This document shows, piece by piece, positions 10,401-22,177 of a stretch of DNA of 64,000 bases. This stretch comes from Cetorhinus maximus (lineage: Eukaryota). Location: NCBI RefSeq assembly GCF_964194155.1, contig NC_135881.1, positions 48,546,001 through 48,610,000 of the forward strand, written 5' to 3'. The notes under the pieces were generated by a model, which worked only from the letters and a program-made list of their open reading frames with translations, searched no databases and was not told the DNA's origin. Within the stretch, counting starts at the first letter, position 1, and the number at the start of each line of letters is the position of its first letter. The position numbers and the translations under genes are program-made.

Positions 10401-13010
10401 AAAAAATAACCAAAGGTTTGTGGTTGGCTTCAGTTTTAAACCTTAATCACATGATATGATCAGAGAACTCCTTGCTGGCCCATGTGGCTGCTGATGCTTC
10501 TTTCTCAATGGTTGCATACCTCTTCTCTCTTATTGTGAAAGATCTTGAGGCATAATGAACTGTTTTTTGTCCATCTTTTTGAACTTGAAACGTCACTGCA
10601 CCCAAGCCTGTAGGTAATGCATCTGCTGCTACAATTGTTGGCAACCTTGGATCATAGTGCACTAGAAATTTTGGTGAAATTGAGAGATTTTTGATCTTGT
10701 GAAAAGCATTTTGCTGGTCCACATTCCAGCGCCGCTGTTGACCTTGTCTCAACAGCTGCCTTTATGGCTCATTGATTTCCGGCAAGCTTGATGGGAACTT
10801 GCCTACTTGATTGACCATGCCAAGGAAGCTTTGTACTTCTGTGATGTTTTTAGGGCATGGGAACTGTCTAATGACCTTGGTTTTCGTGGGTCTTAATTCC
10901 TGAAGCTTGCATAATATGGGCTAAGAATTTTATCATAGGCTTTGCAAATTCACATTTGTTGTTTAATGTTAAACCTGCTTCTTCTACAAAGTTCTTGTAG
11001 GACTTTGAAGACTGTTCTTACATGACGATCATGTTCTTCCCTTGATGAACCATTCATTGAACCATTAGACTGTAACCATTTCAGAATACCACTTTGTTGG
11101 TATAGTAACTGGAGAGATGACCCCTTGTTGTAACATGTGTTCAATCTTACTCTTGACTTTATCTAAGCGTGGGTGAGGGGCCTTGTTCACTGTGAAGGGA
11201 CATATAGGCTTAACACCTGCCCTTAGAGTTATGTGATATTCTGTTTTCAACTTTCCTAAGCCTGAAAATAGGGATGGAAATGCATTCATAAATACCTCAC
11301 TGGACTGCTCATCAACAATTTCTTAACCTTGTAAGTGAGCCTCAGCTGCAAATATGCTTTTCTGCTCATTGATGATGACTCCTGGTTCTTTATCACATAC
11401 AAGGGTTCCACCATTTCTTTATCCTTGTATTTTAATCTTGCCAAGTGTTGGTCTATTACTTTTAGTATAGTCCCTCATGAACCATGCAACTGGATGGAGG
11501 ATGGCTGTATTATGAAATTTTACAGCCATTTTACTTCATCGGATAATACTGAAACACCTGCCCCAGTATCTAGCTTGAATTCTGTGGGGTGCCCATCAAC
11601 ATCTAATTTAATGCTCCAATAATTATTTTCTGTTTTGTTATCTTCTCTTAAAAGAGCTATTTTTTTTTTGTGGCTCTGCCAGTTCTTGAATTTTACTTTG
11701 TTTCATTGTTATCTCTTTCTTCCTATGAGCTACAGGAACTTTGGATCTGCACTATTTTAAGAAGTCCTAATTTCCTACAGTTGTGGCTCGCAGCTCCCCC
11801 TGCTGGGCATTCTGCCCACATATGCAGGGTTTTCCTGCCACATTGAGAGCATCTCAAGATGGCGGTTGGCGTGCTTTTTCACGATTTTGCAGGTTTTTGT
11901 TTCACTGTGTGCTTTTTTGTCTGATATATTGAATGGCATGACTCATTTTTTTTACAAGGGACAACACTTTCTTCACAAACAACCACTGTAGTTTGCTTTC
12001 TAAGCTCGGTCTTTTGTGCTATTTCTACCTCCTTTGTGAGAATTAAACCTTCCCTCATTTGCAAAAGGTCTGATAGGGTTTCATCTAAGACCCAAACCAC
12101 TATATGATTGCATATTAATTCATCTCTGAGGACCCCATAATTGCAATTCTCCAGGCATCTGTACAGGTCATCTATAAATGAGTCCATGGATTTGCCCGGT
12201 TTTTGCCTCCTCTTATCAAATTTAGCTCACTCAATGATCAAACTTTTTTGAACACTGAAGAAGGAATTGAATGCCTGGAAGACTTCCTCATATGAGCTCA
12301 AAGCCTTATTTATGCCCTGTCTTGCAATAACATTGTCTGCTATGGCCCCTACTGCATAGAGTAAAGTACTGACCTGATACTTCTGTTCCTTGTGCAAACC
12401 TGAAGCTGTTCTGTATCTGGAGAATCTCTTCCTCCAATTGCCCTAGTATTGAGTCTGTTGCAAGCCTTCAGTGTTTCAGAACAGTTCTGGGAATGGCAAT
12501 GTAGACTTCATGCTTACCCTAAGCTCTGGATCTGTTGATGCTTTTAAGTTTGGCTTGTAGATGGTGATCTGTACTCACTGTTGTCTGGACTCTGGGCCTG
12601 TGCATCTGCTTGCATCTGCAGCACCCAGGATGCTCCGTTCTCAGGTAAGCGTTCAATATTTTTTCTTGTTGTCCTTTTTCCAAGGGTTTGTAGTTCTACA
12701 ACCTTCTCTTGGAAATTTTCTGGGTCTTCACACTCTGTCTACAGCCACCATGTTTTGAATGGTGCACATGAACAGTCAACAGAAACCATCAGCTGTTGTC
12801 ATATTTCATCCTGGGTTCAGGGCCTAGATGGGTATTTTTTAGGGTTTGTTTGTTACCCTAAGAATGTTACCATAGAATGTTATTCGGAAAGTCCATTCTT
12901 GTTTATTTACAGATCAATATATATCTCAGTACTCGACATAAGGTTTTACTTCTTCTTCCCAGCAGATCTCAGTCTCTTAGTCATGTGACATTGCATCATA
13001 GGTACATCAG
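7444..13010 (-). mobile_element. Degenerate Gypsy/Ty3 LTR retrotransposon 1 (gag-PR-RT(partial)-RNase H-IN)
   Basis: Diverged LTRs ~7444-7700 and ~12751-13010; PBS-like TGGTGGCTG next to 12750; PPT 7701-7710; gag FIDDLYRCLENCNYG..RDELI; protease DTGAGVSV; RNase H ADAL.TGLGAV...YASRS...YATIEKEA; integrase VIDYYSRW. Confidence 0.9.
9247..10404 (+). mobile_element. 5'-truncated LINE A copy (RT to 3' end) inserted in the Gypsy 1 RNase H
   Basis: ALDIKAAFD, GIPQGSVLGPTIF, MFADD, YKAQVRSVMEYSPLAWMS; 3' end gggatgggcaataaatgct...catcccaggaatgaa. The Gypsy frame HKPLVI|LLNIKGIAKLPPRIQRF rejoins across the insertion. Confidence 0.88.
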
Positions 13011-13776
13011 TCCATGTCCATATGCAGCAAGCCCTGCAAAACATTTAGGCTTGGACTGATAATTGCTAAGTAATATTCATGCTACACAAGTGCCAGGCAA
13101 TGACCATCTCTAGCAAGAGAGAATCTAACCATCGCCCCTTGACATTCAATGGCATTACCATCACTGAATCCCCCACTATCAACATCCTGGGGGGTTACCA
13201 TTGACCAGAAACTGAACTGGACTAGCCATATAAACACTGTAGCTAAAAGAGCAGTCCAGAGGCTAGGAATCCTGCGGTGAGTAACTCACCTCCTTACTCC
13301 CCAAAGCCTGTCCACCACCTACAAGGCACAAGTCAGGCATGTGATAGAATACTCTCCACTTGCCTGGATGAGTGCAGCTCCAACATTCAAGAAGCTCGAC
13401 ACCACCCAGGATGAAACAACCCGCTTGACTGGCACCCCATCCACTACCTTCAACATTCACTCCCTCTACGGCCAACACACAGTGACAGCAGTGTGTACCA
13501 TCTACAAGATGCATTGTAGCAACACACCATGGCTCCTTCAATAGCATCTTTCAAACCCACGATATCTACCCCCTAGAAGGACAAGGGCAGCAGATGCATG
13601 GAAACACCACGACCTGCAAGTTCCTCTCCAAGCCACACACCATCCTGACTTGAAAATGTATTGCTGTTCCTTCACTGTCACTGCATAAAAATCCTGGAAC
13701 TCCCTTCCTAACAGTACTGTGGGTGTAACTACACCACATGGACTGCAGTGGTTTAAGAAGGCGGCTCACCACCATC
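13008..13776 (+). mobile_element. LINE A 3' part of ORF2 (tail missing)
   Basis: Collinear with ~9578-10325; IEYSPLAWMSAAPT.KKLDT.QD. Confidence 0.85.
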
Positions 13777-15282
13777 TGTGTCCTGGAAGCATAGTTCTGG
13801 GAGTGAGATGGATCCTCACTCTCCATGAACAGATGATCCTACTAATACTGATGAATTGAGTGAAGATGTGGACACAGCCTGGCCCAGCCTGCCTCCTGCT
13901 ACTGGACCACTGTAACATGGAAGTACCGCTCACTTGAGAGAGCAGCTCACCTACAATGACCAAATCTGCACCAACTCTATTCATAGCCTCCATATCACCA
14001 TGCTCTCTGATCTATGGGTGCACAGATCTGATTGCTTCAATAATATTACCGAAGCTTGTCCCCATGCCAGGCCTTATCTGAACAACCTCATCAATAACCG
14101 AGCCCAGTGATGTGGTACAGCAAGAGCCTAGACTGCAGATGTCTAAACTGTCAATATAACCAAAATTAACATTCTATCCAAGGAAGTCCGCAGATTCTAT
14201 ATGCTAACTCTCAGCACATGATTCAATTGGCTACTGGACTTTTTCAAACTTCCAGAAAGATCCATTGATGATGTCAACAACCTCCTGTGTTCAAAATGCT
14301 TTCTTGTGTTCAAAACAGGACCACAGAGATCTGGCTCCCTGACCTCAACAGCTGGAGAGGAAGGTGGCCTCAGCCTCTAATGAATAATTCCCTTCCCTTT
14401 TCCTCCACCTGCTTTATCCACTCATGCTTTGTGATTCATCTCCCACATTGTCCTCCGGCCATCTGTCTTCAATCTTTCAGATGTATCGGAACTTGTGACT
14501 GTGGAGGGTAAATGCAGTGTCAGTGAAATATTACCTCACAGGGACAGTTGCCGAGGTAAGTTGGCTCGGGAAGCCTATAAAGATCCTGCAAAAGCAGAGA
14601 AAGGACAGAGTGTCAAGAGAGAACTAAATGGTAATACCAAAATGGCATAGGATAACATTTCACAGGGCTCTGTTTCTCTTGCAAAATCTGTAGATGGGAT
14701 TTTGATAGGATGTTACAGTGCAGTGTTCTGGAAGGCATCTTCAGATACTAACTACTTTCTGAGACTTGCTTATTTACTTTTCCATCTCTCACAACCTCAA
14801 GGATTCAGTTCCTTGTATGGAGTTGGCTTGCTTCTCAAAGTCCGCAGTATTTTGCTTTTATTCTTGAAGTGGGTGTAGGTTCCTGAAGGATTCTTTCTTC
14901 CCGTCATTGCAAAATGCCTCCTTGTGGCCAGTTTACACTCCTCGCCCACAGAGTTACAATTACACAGAGTCTAGTATGACCGTCTGAGTCATTTGACAAC
15001 CAGGTGAAAATTTACAATTGAACCCTTGAGGTGCCAAGGTGAAGAAAAGTGGAAAATAAAAAGATTTTTAACATTTTTTTCAACATATAATTTGTGTGAT
15101 TAAGTAAACATACAGAGATAAGGGTATTGTTTGGAATGATTTCTGTTAGTATTACTGAGAGGGCTGCTCTTTCTACTGGAAATGGATACTTATTGGATCC
15201 TTTGAGAAGGAGCTCAGACTATTATGCTCATATCTGTCAATTAATGTAGTGTAGACCATGGTAAATGGCCAAGCGCTCAAGC

Positions 15283-16009
15283 TTTCCCTTTATCCTTCTG
15301 GAGCTTTAGTTACAATGTTTCTCAAGGGCTTCAAGTTGCCGTCTGCCTTCCTGACAAACCTATCCATGTTTGATGCCTCCTTTGTGAAATTAAGCTAGTG
15401 CAGTGTTACATAAATGCAAGCTTCACCGAGAACTGTAAATCCACTGTGAGAAATAAAAGGAGGAAAAATATATTTGAGAATCCTGGAAATAACTGAGGAG
15501 TAAAACTTTGGGAATGGGGAGGGCTGGGGGGGTGGTGTGTGGCAGGGGGGGCGAAGAGGGCTTGGAACGAGAAAGTGGAATTAGACTGGATAGCTCTTTC
15601 TTTGGCCAGCCAAATAGGTCAAATGGCCTCCGTCTGCCCTGTAAATTTCTATGATTATAAGGATACATCTTCAATAGAATGAATTGAAAATTACATCGAA
15701 CAGCAAAACAATCCATTTTCAAAAGTTATTTTGGAAAATAGAAAATCTCTACATTTGAAAGTTGACTCCATGTCACAGGACCTGTATGATATGTGTAGAT
15801 CACTCCTACTTTTCACTGATTTTCGAAACCAAGTGACTGACAGGCTGGCCTTTCTTTTGTGCCTCTCTCACAAGACACTGACAGTTGGAATGCTGCATTA
15901 TTTCCCTTTATCCTCCTGGAGCTTTACTTACATCATTTCTCAAGGGCTTCAAGTCACCTCCAGCCTTCCTGACAAACCCACCCGTGTTTGATGCCTCCTT
16001 TGTATAATT
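15283..16009 (+). repeat. Diverged 109-bp direct repeat (15283-15391 and 15901-16009)
   Basis: Both copies read tttccctttatcct.ctggagcttta.ttaca...tttctcaagggcttcaagt...gccttcctgacaaacc....gtttgatgcctcctttgt..aatt; a short CR1 3' tail (~15560-15660) lies between them. Confidence 0.75.
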
Positions 16010-16671
16010 GATAAGATGGATGCAGCACACCGCCATATTTCTTTGATGCGCTGTTGAATGTTACCTTTACTTTGAATTTCTGGATGTCTAAGCTAAAAAG
16101 AAACCCACCATTCTGCTTCCAAGCTGGTTTTAAAATTTAAAAAAAAACTTAAGGAGAATTTATAGAGCCAGGTGTGTGTCCAGAAGGGAGTGGGACGTGA
16201 CAGGACTGGTAAGAGAACTTCTCACTTCACAGCTCAATCCACTCCAACTGATGCAATTCATTTGCAACAAACCAAAGGTAGCAACTCAAAATTGCTAAAT
16301 GTGAGGTAATAAATTATGAACTACCGGGAAGTGCAGCTGCTAACTGTCTCTCACAAAAGCACAAACAATACAATCAACCAATGAGACCGAAGAAGTTAAT
16401 TCTCCAGAATAGAACATATCCTGAAAATAGCTTGTTTTCAATATATTAAATCCATTAGCAGGCCACAAAGCTCATTAGCTGCCTCTGTATGAAAGTAAGT
16501 ATGTTTGTGCCTTTGACTTCAACCTGCTCTCCTCTCCTTTCTTTTGGTCAGTCAGTAAAGGGCTCCTCCAGCCTAACCCTGTTAGTTTTAATGAATGATC
16601 TAGAATTGTTCATCTCCCTTTTACAAATAATGTGCATTTCTAACAACTCCTGCTTTCATTATCAAAACCAT

Positions 16672-16766
16672 GAGCGGAATTTTCCATGCCCGCTGGCGTT
16701 GGGCATCATGGTGGGCGTGAGCGGACAATATGGCGGCAAGGCCAAAAATTGGTTTCACGACGTTGT
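16672..16766 (+). mobile_element. Left end of a Harbinger-type MITE, truncated at the Gypsy 2 LTR
   Basis: gagcggaattttcc...gagcggacaatatggcg..aagccaaaaat is homologous to the start of MITE 41949-42608. Confidence 0.65.
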
Positions 16767-19700
16767 GGAACTCAGCAGCTACACTTGTGTGCTCACAACT
16801 CAAAACTTTGTCTTTACTCTTCAGACTCTAACTCAAGACTACTGACTACAGAGGTAGCCCGTGCCACTCTGCTATTGGGTACCAAGATTATGTGATCTTA
16901 CATTACAACATTTGTCTTAAAGGTTACTCAGGAATACATTTTACAATTTTTCTCAAAATATCAAATTATTCACACAGATAAATAATTTACAAAGTCAGTC
17001 TTTCTGGGGGTTTCCTGATGAACGTAGAACATCTCAGCTCTACAGCTTCTGATGTTTTATCCGGAACCTCCCTCACTGTAGTCATCTGAGCATCTGGTTC
17101 TTCAGTAGTTATCTGCAAACCTGTTTCTTCAAGTCTTTCAGGTACAGTCGGCCCTTCAGGCACATCTGTACTCGGTTGAGTTCTTTCAACAGGAGACGTT
17201 GATTCAGTCACGAACACTGGTGGATTCATTTCTGGGTATTTTGTTTCTCCTCTTCATATATAGGTTCCGCATGTCTCTGTCTGACTCAATCTTCCACTTT
17301 CACATGGTAGGAAAGAGGTCCCATTACTGCACTTATTTCACCAAACAGCCATGTTGGTCCCTCTCTAAAACTCTTCACAAATACTTACTCTCCTACGTTA
17401 AACCTCCTGTCATGACTGTGGCAGTCAAGTTCAATTTTCTGGCTTCCCTGACTCCTTTCCACCGTCCTCCCCAAGTTTGGCATAATTAGGCTCAATCTCG
17501 ATCGGAGACAGCACTTCATCAACAATTCCGCAGGTGTGACACCTGTTGTCATATGAGGGGTGGTTCTAAAATGGAAAAGAAAATGTGCTAATTTAGTCGC
17601 TATAGAATCTCCAGACAATTTCTTCGTACCAGATTTGAACGTCTGAACTGCTCTCTAAGCCAGTCCATTTGAAGAAGGGTGGTATGGGGAAGTTTTCACA
17701 TGAGTAATACCGCTGAGGCTGATAAATCGGTGAAATTCAGCACTCATGAATACTGTTCCATTGTCTGATACGACCACCTCAGGTAGTCCGCTGATTGCGA
17801 AACTTTGTCATAGCTTGTCTGTTGTAGCAGAAGATGTCGACAACCTCATGTCATAGATGTCCATCCATTTTGAGTGAGCATCGACGATAGGTAGAAACGT
17901 TGTTCCCATAAAAAGTCCCACATAGTCGACGTGTACTCGCACCCATGGCCTTCCTGGCCACTCCCAAGGGTGTAACGGAGCTGTTACAGGTAATTTTTGT
18001 ACTTTCTGATACTCCATACAACTTCTCACTAAGTTTTCTATTTCTCCATCCATCCCAGGCCACCATAGATAGCTGCGTGCTATTGTCTTCATTCTGGAAA
18101 TTCCAGGATGTGCACTGTGAAGTTTAGATAACAATGGCTTTTGTCCTTTTGGTGGAACAATCACTCATGCTCCCCACAATAAGATACCTTCCTGGCTGGT
18201 TATAAGTTCTCTGGAAATACGGTTTCATTTCATCAGATTCTTGTTCTTGTGACCAATCATGAAGAACTTGATCTCGCACTTTGGACAAGACTGGGTCTCG
18301 ATTTGTCCAATTTTTAAACTAGTTAACACATATAGATGATGAATCCAGGAAGTTCAATAATAAAATGAATTTTTGAGGAATTGGAACATCCTCATCTTTT
18401 ACTTGCAACGGTACATGACTGAGTGCATCTGCGTTTGCAATTTGACTTCCGGGTCTACGAATGGAAGTATTCTCATATGCTGCCAAGATCAGTGGTATTA
18501 TTTATGCTCCTGTGTCTTCTTTCGATGGGAATTCTTCTTTTTGACACTGACTTTATTCTCAGCCTTCTTTTTGACTTCCATGTTGGCCAGACTAATCTCA
18601 GATGTAAGCTCGACTTGAGTGAGCTCATTGGTTGAGTTTTCCAGAATTTCATCATCTGTCTGCTTCTTTGAAAATTCTGCACGTTTTTGCCTCTTTGGTT
18701 TTTTCAGCTTTTCCATATCTTTTTTGCATTGGTGTACTGTCTCCTGGAAAATTAAGCATTGTCTGTCTCCTCTGCCAACCCATCCTTCATTTTACTTAGA
18801 GTAGTGCAGAACTCTTTCTGTTTCTCTTCATACTTTTCCAGAGGTACATATTTAGACAGGAGGGAAACTGGTCGTGTGTGAAGGTCTTTCGGCAGGTTTT
18901 CACTTTTCTTTTGGAATCTCTGTGACAAATCAAGGTTGATTCCCCTCAGCCAGTTTCATCCTATTATGCTTGGTCCTCTGCCTGCTACCACCATCAAGGG
19001 TAATTTCACTGTTTGACCTCCGTAGTATACTGTGACTTCACTTGTATATATTCTCCTGTGTAAGTTTTCAATTCAGCATCAGTTTCTTCCAAATTTAGTT
19101 TATGTTCCCCATGATTCAGGTATTTAAAAATATGCTCACCTTTCACCAAAGTGGCTGCTCCAGTATCCACCTTCATTCTGATAGGCCTCTCATTCACTGT
19201 TATGGTTACATAGATAGGCTCTGTTCTTCCTACCTTTAAATTATATAACGAATAAATATCTGAACCTATTTCTTCAGGCTTTTCAACGCTGTTAATCTCA
19301 TTGGGTTTTTTGCTTTTGGCTGAAAGTCTTCCTGATTCTATCTTTACAATGTCTCATGAGGTGTCCATTTTGATGACAGAAGAAACATTCGATCTTTTTA
19401 AACTGTGATTCATTACAAGGTTGTCTGTTTCCACCTCTGTTACCATTATGTCATGTTTTTGCTGCTAGGTTATCTATTTTAATTTGTCTGCTAGATGTGG
19501 CTGCTTTCTGCTTCTGAGTAAAGCTTTGCATTTTGCACTCTTTTTGACCGATGCTCCTCGCCCAACATGGAGGACGGCATGATTTTGCGCTCCCTGTATG
19601 GCTTTCGAGTCTAGCACTGCACCTTCCACTGCCAGAGCGATTTCCAATGTCTTCTGAAAATCTAACTTTGTTTCAGACAGTACTCTCTTCTGAATCACAT

Positions 19701-20627
19701 CTACAGTACTCTCTTCTGAATCGCATCTTCATTTATACCACACACCATTCAATCTCTAAGCATAACATTGATAAATGTACCAAGCTCGGAATATTCAGTT
19801 AATTGTTTATGACTTGCTATATAACAAGTAACTGCCTCCCTTGTGGCTCTATTCCTTGAGTTAAATTTGATCTGTTGCACCGTCACCGACGGCTTAGGCT
19901 AATAATGATTCTTTATGAGGTTCACGATGGCATCAAAACTTTTCAAATGTGGGGCACTGGGTGCCAACACATTTTGAATTAATCCATACGTCTAACTCCC
20001 ACACTTGGATAAGAGGATCGCATGCTTCTTCTCCTCCCCCGTGATGCCGTTCGCCTGGAAGAAGAACATGAGGCATTCGACATCGTGAGACCTGCCATCC
20101 GAGGTTGGATTGAAAGGCTCCACTCCTCCAAATTGCAGCACGCTCTGAGGGGATTGCTTCGACTATCAGGAAGGGAATTTTTCCTTACTTACAACTACCA
20201 TGTGACGTACGACCCAATTTTGGTTCTTCTGATTTCTTTCGTTTTTTCTTGCTTTTTGCCTCGTCCTTTCATGTCTTTTCTTGCTTTTTAATCCCATCCT
20301 CAACGCCAGTTTATTGGATCCAGTTCCCTGGTTTGTTGGGGCTAAAGGATCCAGTTTGCAAGCTTGTTTCAGGGTGACCGAGTTGGTACCAAGATGGAGA
20401 AGATCTGTAGACTGTTCTTAGAAGAAACACATTCTGTTTATTTACAAAAGGAACTCAGCAGCTACACTTGTGTGCTCACAACTCAAAACTCTGTCTTTAC
20501 TCTTCAGACTCTAACTCAAGACTACCGACTACAGAGGTAGCCTGCGCTACCGCTTTGGCTACCAAGATCATGTGATCTTACATTACAACATTTGTCTTAA
20601 AGGTATACTACACATCAGATTACTACA
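16767..20627 (-). mobile_element. Gypsy LTR retrotransposon 2: gag, protease and integrase present; RT and most of RNase H absent
   Basis: 5' LTR ~20312-20627 (minus strand starts TGTAGTAA); truncated 3' LTR 16767-16924, near-identical to 20450-20604; PBS TGGCGTTGAGGAT at 20296-20308; gag IQKRVLSETKLDFQKTLEIA; PR MKVDTGAA; IN LHSAHPGISRMK.IARSYLWWPG, HVDY, SDNG, PYHPSSNGLA. Confidence 0.92.
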
Positions 20628-21285
20628 GTTTGTTCAAGGCAAATTATGCTTAACTAACTCTTTTGAGCTTTTCTTTTGAGAAGGTTACAGAGAGGGCTGC
20701 TAAGGTTAATGTGGTTGGTGTACATAGACTTTCAAAAGGTATTTGCTAAAGTGCCACATAGCAGACTTGTCAGCAAAGTTAATGCCCATGGAATAAAAGG
20801 GACAATGGCAGTGTGGGGTACAAAGTTGGCCAAGTGACTGGAAACAGAGTACTGGATGAATGATTGTTCTTTGGACTGGAGGAGGGTATACAGTGGGGTA
20901 CCCCAGGAGTTGGTACAATTCTGTTCTTGATCTATATTAATGACCTAGACTTGGATGTGCAGGTCACAATTTCAAAATTTGCAGATGACACAAAACTGGG
21001 AAGTATTACGAACTGTGAGGAGAATAATGATATGCTTCAAGAGGACATAGGTAGGCTGGTGGGATGGACGAACTCATGGCAGATTAAATTTACTCTAGAA
21101 AAGTGTGAGGTGACTTGTTTTGGTAGGAAGAAGATGGAGAGACAATATAAAGTAAAGGGTACAACTCTAAAGGGGGTGCAGGAGCAGAGGGACCTGGGTG
21201 TATATGTGCACAAATCATTGAAGGTGGCAGGAAAGGTTGAGAGAGGGGTTACTAAGGCAGACACAATCCTGAAACTTTATAATTA
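20628..21285 (+). mobile_element. CR1 (HER1-like) RT fragment
   Basis: LFLIYINDLD...ISKFADDTKLG...LQEDIGRL..W...WQIKF..EKCEV...EQRDLGV. Confidence 0.88.
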
Positions 21286-22177
21286 GATGCATGGGGCTAG
21301 ATTTAATCTTCAAAATAGGTATCAGGGATCAGGAATTTTCCCCACCCCACAATCCCATCTCGATTGTGGAGGTACCTGCCAGCCCTATTTTCTTGCTGGG
21401 GTTTGTGGTGGAGATGGGTTCGCTGTTCCTGAAGGCTCAGTGGGGTCGAAAATGGGCCCAATGCAGAGGCAGGTGAATTGCATTGCAGCTTCCATATAAA
21501 GGCCCATCTCCAATGCCATTGCTGGGAGGTGAGATTAATGAGGAGACAGCTAACACATTACTGCAAAGTTACCTCTGACCCTTGTCATGACTAGTGAACT
21601 TATCTCTGACTGTGTGCGATGGCCAACAGGTTTTTAACTGTGGTAAAGTTGGCCCAGCATGAGCCTATCCTATGAAAGGTGCATATCCCTGGCTGCCTGC
21701 CTCCATTTCTCATGCGACTACTGCACACAGCATTGACCCAGTGCTGGTCTTGTCCCTGCTCTCCTATCAAGTGTCTGCACTCTGCAGCAACTGTGACCAG
21801 AAGAATAATTTAAGGTCTGCTCTCTGCACACAGCCTTCCATTGTAAGACCCCTAATCCTAGCAGGTCGCTGAAGGCATAAAACAAATGTGCCAAGTCCTG
21901 GCACATCAAGCCACCTGGCACCTCGCACCATGGTCACACTCCTGTGCACCTCATGGTCCAATGGACCCCTGGGTCATGGCCACTCATTAATCATTCTTGC
22001 TGTGCTGGCATGCAGACAGCCATGGTGATGATACCCGCCTGGCACACAGATAACCCAGTGCCAGTTCTCAGCATCCCACTCACTAGTGTCGCCCCATTAT
22101 CCAACCAGGCCCATGGATTGTGACTTTTCACATGAGGTGAGCGTGCATTATGACCCATTGTTTGTTGCCATGCCAGA

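Noticed and set aside
19677-19728. 26-bp tandem duplication in the Gypsy 2 gag
   Set aside because: Ordinary slippage mutation that frameshifts a dead ORF.
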